From Azolla caroliniana (taxonomy: Eukaryota > Plantae > Polypodiophyta): 64,000 nt of DNA. Position 1 is the stretch's first letter; the number at the start of each line of letters is the position of its first letter. The position numbers and the translations under genes were made by a program. The notes under the pieces were generated by a model. That model saw only the letters and a list, made by a program, of their open reading frames with translations, searched no databases and was not told the origin of the DNA. The DNA is taken from positions 21,018,001 to 21,082,000 of the forward strand of contig JBHGNT010000007.1 in the NCBI GenBank assembly GCA_043228905.1, written 5' to 3'. Positions 12,963-24,300 of this stretch are shown in pieces.

Positions 12963-13993
12963 GTAACTATGTTAAAAGAGTTGATGGGCTACTTTTGTTG
13001 TAAATGAGGGGGTGGGACTATGATCACTTTGGTGAGAAGACCAAAGTGAGTTTTGCTAAATTTTGTTGGTTTTTGATGTACTTTGTTTGGTAACTAATGC
13101 GAACTAGTGTTTTTTTTGCAAAAAAAGAGAGTGGAAGTAACTATGTTATTGGGATTTTCACAACCTAAGAAGTTGATGTTGATTTCAAGTGACTAGTTTA
13201 TTTCATTAGCCTTAAAGAAAGGATGGGTTGGATTATTTTATTATTCTATAAACATATATAAATCTTCTCATCTCACCTTTATAAATATTTCCACATATGT
13301 TCACAATTATTTGTGATAGGAACTTGGTACATGTGTGTACATAACAATCGTAAGCATGGAGATGACTTCTTTGTAAACTTGAAGCACATAAGAGTTGTGA
13401 CCTTATGTAGCTTTACTAATCCTAATATCTCTTTAAATAATTAAATAATAGGGTGGGTTGCAAACATGTGATTGGTAACTATGTTAAAAGAGTTGATGGG
13501 ATACTTTTGTTGTAAATGAGGGGTTGGGGACTATGATCACTTTGGTGAGAAGACCAGAGTGAGTTTTGCTAAAATTTGTTTGTCTTTGATGTACTTTGTT
13601 TGCTAACTAATGCAAACTAGTGTTTTTTTTTAAAAGAAGAAGAAGCTAGAAGTAACTATGTTATTGGGATTTTTACAAACTGACACATTGATGTTGACTT
13701 AAAGTGACAAGTTTATTTCATTAGCCTTAGAGAAAGGATAGGTTGGATTATTTTAGTATTCTATAAACTTATATCAATCTTCTCATTTGACCTTTATAAA
13801 TATTTCCACATATGTTCACAATTACTTGTGATAACGAACTTGGTACATTGGTGTACATACCAATCTTAAGCATGGAGATGACTTCTTTGTAAACTGGATG
13901 CGCATAAGAGACTAGAGTTTCAATCTTATATAGTTTTATTTATCTTAATATCTCTTTAAATAATTAAATAATAGGGGTGGAAATATGTGATTG
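12963..13993. repeat. Tandem duplication (~512-bp period) upstream of the SDR gene
   Basis: GTAACTATGTTAAAAGAGTTGATGGG starts at both 12963 and 13475. The copies are colinear, roughly 90% identical by eye. Confidence 0.93.
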
Positions 13994-15189
13994 AAAAACT
14001 CAAACCATGAACTATTGACCATTGTTGGGCTAAGTTTTTAACCCCTACTAAAACCAGAACTTCTTGAAATTATAAAAAAAACATCGTCACATACCAAACT
14101 ATATCTCATGAACATCATAAGAAAATTTTACGATTGGTAAAATATTTATTACATTTATAACTTAAGAACTATCAGATATCATATTGAACATCAAATGCCA
14201 TTTTGAACATTACATATCATTATTATTGAAAGTTATCCATAAACATTACGTACCATTTTTATGTACATATACATAAACATATAACATACGCATATACATA
14301 CACATATACATACATAATCTCTGCCCATAAACATCAAGGCATTTAAGTTCTTTACTACCTTATCATCTTTCAATGACATCGACCGGGCACCTTTCCATCA
14401 CAAAAGTCCACCTTTTGCAAATCTGCCCCCATCTCCAACTCTCTATAATGACATATGACATTAAATAATTATTTCTAATGAGAGAGTTTCTAAGGTTCTA
14501 GGATCATAAAATAAGTCAAGAAACACGTCCAAATTTAAATGAACTTAGGAAGGTAAGCTAATCATATATACGATTAATATTTTTACAAAACAAAGTGCAA
14601 ACAAATAGAAAAGATTAGAAGGTTAAGAATTTTAGGTTTGGCATGGTGATCCATATTCATGAACTTCACAAAGTAAAGTTATCTATAATAGAATTTACAC
14701 TTTTTACCAAAGAAGTTGTAAACAAATCATCATATTTATGAAATAAGATTAAGAATGCAAAACGAGTTGAGGGTCTGGCATAGTGATCGATGGTTATGAG
14801 CTATAGCTTTCTAAATCATCCCTTGAATCATTCCATTGTAGACATGAAGTTAGGATAACCCAAACAATGACTTTGTTCTTCGGTTTTGTATGTGTTTTGA
14901 TATCATAATCACCATTTATGAATGTGTCAAATCCATTTGAGTTTTGGTCTCCAGGTCATTTGTACATGAAGACACTCTTGAGGCAACAAAGAAAGGGGCT
15001 TTCAAATTCCCTCCCAACTAGAATATGCTCCTAGAGAACGAGTCTTAGAAAACATAGATGAGTGTGGACCTTCTATGGGAAAGAGGGTCTACGCTTCTGA
15101 TCTTTCTCTTCATTCAGGTACCATTGAAGCTATCCATAGTGGTAGCAATAAGGCTATTATCATGAGTCATAATATTTGGAGAAAGGTAT

Positions 15190-15745
15190 TGTTAGGATTG
15201 TGACCGGCCACAACCGGTTTCACTTCGAATATTCGGGTGTAAAGATCAAGAAAGATAGTGCACAGACAGAAAAACGTGAAGGTAGAAAACACAAGTGCAG
15301 AGACATAAGATTTAACATGGAAAACCCGAAAGGGAAAAACCATGTGGAGTCCTTGAACTCTGAACAGATAACTATACATTAAGAGGAATATACAATAAGA
15401 GACTCAAAGGCAACAACCTTGAGTTCTTCTTCATCAACAGACTATTACAAGGTTGTAACTTTGTTCTCACTCACCTACTGTCACACACACTCAATTACGG
15501 AGGCAACTACCCAATGTGTAACTTATTACAACTATAATGATTCAACAATGCTATAAAGTTTGCCCTAGTTGTATTTATACATATACAACTTTCTGGCTAT
15601 TTACATACATAGCCCACAAGGGGCACATTTAGACTATTTACATATATGGTCTCCCGATTTCGGTTTCGGCCTCGGTCAAAATAGTCATTTACTCCATATG
15701 GTTCGGTTCGTTCTCTTCCCATCCGGAGGGACTTGTTTCCCAACA
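15190..15745 (-). mobile_element. Copia solo LTR with 5-bp TSD GGTAT
   Basis: TG...CA termini. GGTAT at 15185-15189 and 15746-15750. The minus-strand start TGTTGGGAAACAAGTCCCTCCGGAT matches the LTRs at 26470 and 32317. Confidence 0.92.
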
Positions 15746-16404
15746 GGTATTGCAAGCATGTCAGCTCAATAACGAAAACAACATGTAAACAACTAAGTTA
15801 TGTGGTACATTGTGTTTGCGAACCAACCATTTGGTTAGTTCCCAAACGACTTCGAATAGAGAATAACACTTCCATGATGCTAGAGGATTAAGTTGTCGAT
15901 TCACTAGTCAAGAGTCTAGAATCTTTTCGCCTAGTGCCTCAAACTTCTCCCCTTCCTCAAGTACAACCAAAGGGGGTTAACCAAAGAAATAGAAATAAGT
16001 AAATATGAGAATAAAAATTAAATAATAATAAATCAACGGCCTAATGGTTAAGGTTATTGATTGCTTGAGAGAAGTTGCAAGATTCAATGCCTAACACATG
16101 CATGTGCCTCATCACTATTTGATACAGAAACATTAAATAGTGAAAGTCCGTTGTCATGTGATTCTTCACACACGGTATGAAAAAGAATGAAATAATTATT
16201 TTAGATTAGCTTAATGGCTTGGTATGAAAAGATGGACGTCTTCAAGAGCTTCTAAATGCATTTTACTACATATGAAACGGCCAACTACGTATCAAGTTAT
16301 GTGAGTATGAAGCTTGAGAAGATGGGGAAACATAACTGTAAGATATCGCACATAAACAGGACAACATCGTATCCAACATTATCTAAGCATACCCAAAGCC
16401 TATT

Positions 16405-18394
16405 ACTTCATATTTGTGTGTTTGGAGCATAGAACGGTCGGGGTGATTTGGGTTGAACACTTTGGACGAATGGATTTGACTGAATTTCTTGGACAGGTGG
16501 AAGTGGATAAACTACTCGAAACAATTTTGGACCGGATTGGTCGAGAGAAGGGAAGAGCAATTTTTTTTCTATCATAGAGGAAAGAAAAATCTATCACAGG
16601 AAAAAGCCCTACCCCTAATTTTTTTTCTTATCGAAGCCATCTCTCAAAAAGAACCCTAATTTTTTTCTTATCTAAGCCATCTCTCGAAAAACCCTAATTT
16701 TCCTTATCAAAGGGTTATCACTCAAAAACCCTAATCTTTCTTATGGAAGTCATATCTCTCGAAGAACCGTAATTTTCTTTATCGAAACCATATCACTCAA
16801 TGCAAAAGCGTATGTGCGGAAGCGTAAGACAATAGCTTGGTTGCGTAGTAGCAGAGAGACAAAGAGAGAGAGTATAGGACACAGAATACAGAGAGTACTC
16901 GGGAGAGACAGAGAGAGCAGAACGTTTAAATCTACTACAAAACAATAATAGTTCTCCATACATGAAATGTGCACAACGGCACTATTTATACAAGTCCTGA
17001 GAGGACTGACAGAAGTACCGCGTACTTCAATGCTCACTCGGGCGTCTGGCACTGACTACGAGACTTCATATTTGTGTGTTTGGAGCATAGAACGGTCGGG
17101 GTGATTTGGGCTGAACACTTTGGATGAATGGATTCGACTGAATTTCTTGGACAAGTGGATGTGGATAAACTACTCGAAACAATTTTGGACCGGATCGATC
17201 GAGAGAAGGGGAGAACAATTTTTTTTCTATCATAGAGGAAAGAAAAATCTATCACAGGAAAAAACCCTACCCCTAATTTTATTTTTTATCGAAGCCATCT
17301 CTCAAAAAGAACCCTAATTTTTTTCTTATCTAAGCCATCTCTCGAAAAACCCTAATTTTCCTTATCAAAGGGTTATCACTCAAAAACCCTAATTTTTCTT
17401 ATGGAAGTCATATCTCTCGAAAAACCGTAATTTTCTTTATCGAAGCCATATCGCTCGATGCGAAAGCGTATGCGCGGAAGCGTAAGACCACAGCTTGGTT
17501 GCGTAGTAGCAGAGAGAGAGAGAGATAGTATAGTACACAGAATACAGAGAGTACTCGGGAGAGACAAAGAGAGCAGAACGTTTAAATCTACTACAAAACA
17601 ATAATAGTTCTGTATACATGAAATGTGCTTAAGGGCACTATTTATACAAGTCCTGAGAGGACTGATAGAAGTACCGCGTACTTCAATGCTAACTCGAGTG
17701 TCTGGCATTGACTACGAGACCTCATATTTGTGTGTTTGGAGCATAGAACGGTCGGGGTGATTTGGGTTGAACACTTTGGACGAATGGATTCGACCGAATT
17801 TCTTGGACAGGTGGATGTGGATAAACTGCTCGAAACAATTTTGGACCGGATCGGTCGAGAGAAGGGGAGAGCAAAATCTATCACGAGAAAAAACCCTACC
17901 CCTAATTTTTTTTCTTATCGAAGCCATCTCTCGAAAAGAACCCTAATTTTTTTCTTATCTAAGCCATCTCTTGAAAAGAACCCTAATTTTTTTCTTATCT
18001 AAGACATCTCTTGAAAAACCCTAATTTTCCTTATCAAAGGGTTATCATTCAAAAACCCTAATTTTTCTTATGGAAGTCATATCTCTCGAAGAACCGTAAT
18101 TTTCTTTATTGAAGCCATATCGCTCAATGCAAAAGCGTATGTGTGGAAGCGTAAGACAACAGCTTGGCTGCGTAGTAGCAGAGAGAGAGAGAGAGAGAGA
18201 GTATAGTACACAGAATACAGAGAGCACTCGGGAGAGACAGAGACAGCAGAACGTTTAAATCTACTGCAAAACAATAATAGTTCTCTATACACGAAATGTG
18301 CTCAACGACACTATTTATACAAGTCTTGAGAGGACTGACAAAAGTACCGCTTACTTCAATGCTCACTCGAGCGTCTAGCACTGACTACGAGACT
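16405..18394. repeat. Three tandem units of ~657-673 bp, each made of flank (with AAACCCTAAT repeats) plus ~265 bp of LTR end
   Basis: Units start at 16405, 17063 and 17719. LTR termini TGC(A/G)AAAGCG occur at 16801, 17459 and 18128, each preceded by CTC(A/G)A. Confidence 0.92.
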
Positions 18395-21300
18395 GTTAAC
18401 TCCCATAGTCTAGCTGCTAGTAGGCTTCCACTTACTGATGGATCCGGCTAACTGGCTCCCTAGATCACCGGGTCACTTGCTCACCGGGTCACCGATCCGG
18501 CTCATCCTTCTGGATGCCGATCCAGCTCAGGCTTATTGAGCCGATCCAGATCTGGTTGAGCTTGCCGCCTAATACTCCCCCTCAAGCTCAAGTTGAGGTC
18601 GGATCGTAGTGTTAGTCTCCATGGCAGCCGATCCTTCCACCTGGCTCCTTCTGGCGTCACTCCGCCTTGCTCGCACTCCTTGTCCCATCCGGTCCCGTTT
18701 GCCGTGACCCCTCTATTCCTGCGCACCTCGACTTCGTTGGTTGACTGGTCTGCTCAACAGGCCCAATTCAGCTCCCTCGCTGCTATGACTTCGTCTCTTG
18801 CTGATTCGCTGATTCCTTTGTATTGGTGTCGACTTTTGCTGCCTTCTCGTCCTCTTGGCCTTGAATTGATCCGGTTCTTCCGAATTCGTCTGTAGAACCG
18901 AATCGGTTGTCTCCGATTCGTTCCAACTCTTGTCCGAATTGGTCACTCCTGATTCGTCTTCCGGTTCTAGGCCCTTCACCACATCAGACCATGTCCGGGT
19001 CGTGGCCTTTTTCTTTCGGTCTCTCCCTCTATCCGTTCTACCCTCACCGACACAATCGACAGTCTCTTTGGCTTAGCCCATTCTGGTGTTTTGGCCCGTT
19101 CTCCCCCTCAAGTGTAGCACGTCGAGATGCTGAACATGAAGCATTTCGGTGAAGTGCTGCAACTTGTCTGATCCGAGCGGTTTGGTGAAGATGTCGGCAA
19201 CTTGCCGATCCATGTGAACATACCGAAGTTCGACTTCACCGCTCAGGACATGCTCACGCACGAAGTGGTAGTGCACTGCTATGTGCTTCGTGCAAGCATG
19301 GAATACGGGGTTCTTGGTGAGCTGCATGCTGCTTATGTTGTTGCAGTAGATCAGAATCGGGGTTGGCACCTCGATCCACAGGTCTCGCAGCAGTCGCCGA
19401 AGCCAAATGGCTTCACAGGTGGCAACGGTAGGCCCTCGATATTCAGCCGCAATGCTCGAAAGGGCCACTGTTGGCTTCTTTTTGCTGCTCCACGCAACAA
19501 CCGTACTACCAAGGGAAAACATATAGCCAGAGGTGGATCAACAATCCGATGCATCGCCGGGCTAGTCCGCATCAGTGTAGCCGACTAGCTCTTCGTTATA
19601 CCATGCTGGTATAACAGTCCCCGTTCCTTCGTGCCACTCACATATCGCAAAATTCGATGCGCGCATAGAAGGTGCTCCACGATCGGCTTCTGCATATATT
19701 GGCTGATCACGCCGACCGGATAACTGATGTCGGGTTGGTGATTGTCAAATATATAAGGCTTCCGACGATTTGTCGGAACCGTTTCTCATCGCATGCCGGT
19801 CTAGAGTGGGGACGGAGCTTCTGGTTTCGGTCTAGGGGTGTAGAGATAGGTCGGCATTCTATCATGCCGAACTTGTACAACATATTCAACCCATAGTGTC
19901 TCTATGAGAGCATATGCCGTCGGGGGTTCGGATCACCTCGATCCCAAGGAAGTAGTGAAGGTCCCCCAAGTCGTTCATCTCAAATGCGTCCGACAGCTGG
20001 GACTTGACTCGGCTGATTTCATCGAGGCCGGGTCCAGTGATGACTAGATCATCAACATACAACAAGATGCATACCAGACCGTCCACACCTTGCCGGATGG
20101 ACAACGAAGAGTCAGACTTGGAGGCCGCAAACCCCATCTTACGCAACCGGTGTGTGATCTTCGCATTCCAAGCTCGGGGGGCTTGCTTCAGGCCATAAAG
20201 TGACTTCATCAACCAACATACCACCGACTTGTTCATCTCTGTCTGGAAACTGGGAGGTTGGGTCATAAAGACCACTTCTTCAAGATCACCTTGAAGAAAT
20301 GCATTCTTCACGTCTATCTGGTGAAGATGCCACTCCCTTGCCGCAACAACCGCCAACACCACACGAAACGTCGTCATCTTCACTACTGGAGCAAAGGTCT
20401 CGTCATAGTCGATTCCGTGGGTCTGCACATATCCCTTTGCCACTAACCTGTCCTTGTACCGGTTAACTGATCCGTCGGTATTGTACTTTACTTTGTACAC
20501 CCACTTACATCCGATCGGTTTGTAGTGTCGGGGAGGGTAAACTAGGTCCCATGTGTCGTTGGCATCAAGTGCCCGCATTTCTTCCTCCATAGCGGCACGC
20601 CAATTTGTGTCCTTTGCTGCTTCTGCGTAGCTCTCCGACTCACGCACTTCCGCCACCTTAGTCATGTACGCATAGTGATGCGCCATGTATTCATTTGTAC
20701 CCGTAGCGCTTTCGGGGGTTCTTCTGACGGGAAGACCAACGTAACTTATCGTTACCCGGTTTGGGGCCCTTCTTGGCCGGTGCGGTCTTTGTTGCCGAAG
20801 ATCCGCTTTCATCCTTTCCAGAGTCGGATTCGCTCTGATCCGACTCAACGTTGCCGGTTTCGTATTCCGGCATCTTCTTCTTCCCCTTCTCTTTGCGAGT
20901 GAACCGTCTCCTCGGTTCCTTGCGTGGGGAGAGCACGACAGAGTCTCCACTACTCGCCGGTTCCTCATCTGACTGGTCATTCCGACTTAGCCGCTCATTC
21001 GGTCCACTTAACTGAAATGAGATCGGACTCTCTTCTAGAGTGCGGAGGTCTTCATCTTCTAACTGGACCGGTTGAGGCTCACTAGCCTCATCCTTCGATA
21101 TCGGGTCGGGGTCGGAAGTTGGAGCCGATAAGGCATACCATGATGCCGTCTCATCAAACTCAACATCCCGGCTAACTTGGACCTGCTTCGTCCGGGGGTT
21201 ATAACATTTATACCCCTTTTGCTCATATGAGTAACTGACCAGGATGCATTTATCTGACTCTGCATCCAAATTCCTCCGCTTCTCATCCGGCACATGCACA

Positions 21301-24300
21301 TATGCAATGCTACCGAATATTCGAAGGTGTCGCAAATTCAGCTTGTGCCCGAAATATAGCTCATGCGCTGACACCTTGTCGCCGATCCGGTTTTGGATAT
21401 AGACAGCCATCCAGACCGCCTCTACCCAGTAGAAATGGGCAATGCTCTTCTCCTCCGGCATTGCCCTTGCCGCGTCGACAATCGACCGGTTCTTCCTCTT
21501 AGCTACACTGTTCTGTTCCGGTGTGTATCTGCAGCTAAACTCACACCGAATTCCTGTTTGTTGCAGATAACTGTTGAATTGGTCAAAAAAATATTCTTTT
21601 CCCCCTTCCGATCGCAGGTAGTTGATCTTCCTCTCCGTTTCCTGTTCAACCAGGCTTTGCAGGTTCTGAAAACACTCAAAGACTTTGCTCTTTCGCTCAA
21701 TTAGGTAGATCCATGTGTGTCGGCTGTAGTCGTTGATGAAGGAGATGAAATATCGACTCCCGCAAAGACTCACGTTCTGTGCCAGTCCCCATACATCCGA
21801 ATGAATAAGGTCAAGCTTATTACGGCTACAGTTTCATTCGGTGGGGAATGGAAGCCGATGTTGCTTCACCGAGTTGGCACGCTTCACATATTTGGGCCTT
21901 CCGGCCTCTGAACTTCGGCATACCGAAAACAACTTGTTTCGTTTGTAGGTCTTAAATCCTCCGGAAATTGACGTGGCCGATCCGTTTGTGTCACAGGTCG
22001 ATGTTTGATTCGACCTTCTGTCCTTTGGCGAACAAAGCGGTGCCGACGTCATTGGTGTCAAGGATGAACATCCTCCCGTCTCTGCTCCTTTGCGCAATGA
22101 CTTGGCCCTCTTCCTCGATGAAGCACCCGCGGTGTGTAAACCGCACCTACATCCCCTTGTTGACAATCAGTCCAACCGACACCAGGTTTTTCGTGATGGT
22201 TTGAACGTGTAATACGTTCATTATGTTAGGAAACAGATCCCTCCGGATGGGAGGTGAGAACTGGATGTGGAGTACCCGGAAACGGAAGACCTGGTGAGAA
22301 CCGGATGACGAGTACCTGGCAACGGAAGACCCGGTGAGAACTGGATGACCAGTGCCTGACAAGAACCGGATGATGTAGGCCCGGTGAGGAGTGCTCACCG
22401 GATGAAGGGACATATTCGTAAATATGTTTCTGAGAGTCCATCGGGGCTATATTTGTAAATAGCCGAAAAGTCATATTAGTATAAATATGACTTAGGGCCA
22501 ACTTAGTGTGTAGTTTAGTTGTCATTCTTGTTGGCGTAAGATTAGAGTGTGAAATAGTGTATAGAGAGAGTGAGAGAGAGGAAGAGGTCGTTGCCTCTAT
22601 TGTAACCGCCGCCTGTGGCGAAGATAGCAAGCTCGAGGTCGTGGCCTCGGTGCTTTTCTATTGTACATTCTGATATAGTGATAGTTTGCGGTCTGTGGGC
22701 TGCCGTGGTTTTTCCCAAGTTTGGGTTTTCCACATAAACATCTTGTGTACTCTTCTCTCTATTGTGTTGTGCTTTCATTCCCTGTTTTCTGTGTTTTATT
22801 CTAGGCTCGGTTGTGGCCGAGCGTTGTTCATCGGAGCGTGTAGTTCCTGTCAAAGTGGTATCAGAGCGAAACGACACAGAAAATGGACGATTCATTGGGA
22901 GGCATGTTCAAGCTCACCGGTTCCAACTATTTAGTGTGGAAGTTGAAGATGAGGGACATGGTCGTGGTTAAAGATCTTTGGTTGCAGGTTCAGTTCGGGG
23001 ACAAGAGACTGGACAAAATCGACACCACGATATGGGAGGTGATGCACATGAAGACAACGGCTTACATACGGTGCTTCATCGACATGAGCCTATACAACAA
23101 CTTCAATGAAGAGAGCAAGGCTCATGAGATCTGGGAGAAGATCGGCATTATGTTTCAAAACAAAAAATGATGTTAACCAGGTTTCAGTATTCCGAAAGCT
23201 AGTAAGAGTCCGGTACCAAGATGGCTCCAGCATGGCGGAGCACATGAATGCCTTCCAGGGGCTGATACACTAGGCAACATCATTGGAAGTACCTCTCGCT
23301 GATGACGTACTAGCGCTACTCCTGCTCGGTTCCCTCTCGGATAGCTGGGAGACGTTGGTTGTCACTTTGGGCAACGCCGGGCCGGAAGGGAAACGGTTAT
23401 CCCTAGCAAGAGTGAAGTCGAGCTTGCTAGATGAGGAGGCGCATCGGAAAGATAGGGATACGAGCTCCGACTCCAAAGCGCTCCTTACCGAATCGAAATG
23501 CGGAAGACAAAGGAACCGTAGTCCCCAGAATCGGGAGAAGTCGGGGACACAGTCAAAGTCAAGGGGGAGGCCTACTTGCTTCTATTGCGGCAAACTGGGA
23601 CAATTCCAGAAGAACTGTTGGCACTTTCGAAAAGACAAGGAAACCGACGGTACCGATTCGAAGCGGACACCGGACCGGAACGGTAAAGACCGGAGGGGGC
23701 CGGACCGGAAGGGAACGACGGCAATCCCGGCAAGTGAAGAAGAGTTGATGCTCATCACCGAGGAGAGTGAGCTAAACCTTGCCGGCGACGAGATGACCTG
23801 GGTGGTCGACTTTGGAGCGTCGTTCCACCTTACCCCGGACCGGAAATGCTTCTCATCCTACTCAGCCGGTGATCACGGCTGTGTCCGGATGGGGAATGAA
23901 GGTACATGCCGAATTGTTGGCATAGGAGACGTGTGGTTGACAACACCAACCGAATGCAAGCTGCTGTTGAAGGATGTCCAACACGTTTCGGAGGTTCGTC
24001 TGAACCTGATATCAGCTGGTCGGCTAGATGATGAAGGCTACACGGGTAGCATCCGGAACAGTGTTATGAAGTTCAGCAAAGGGAGCCTGATTGTGCCTCG
24101 GGCCCGGAAGGTAAACACGTTGTACCTGATGAATGTCTGGTTATGCCCGAAGGAAGTGAATGTGGCATCCGACACTGCCGGTGAGCTGTGGCACAAAATG
24201 CTATGTCACATGAGCGAGAAGGGGATGAAGAGGCTTGCAGACGAAAACCTCATTCCAGTGAAGAACGTGCACTTGGAGAAGTGCACTGATTGTCTGGCCG

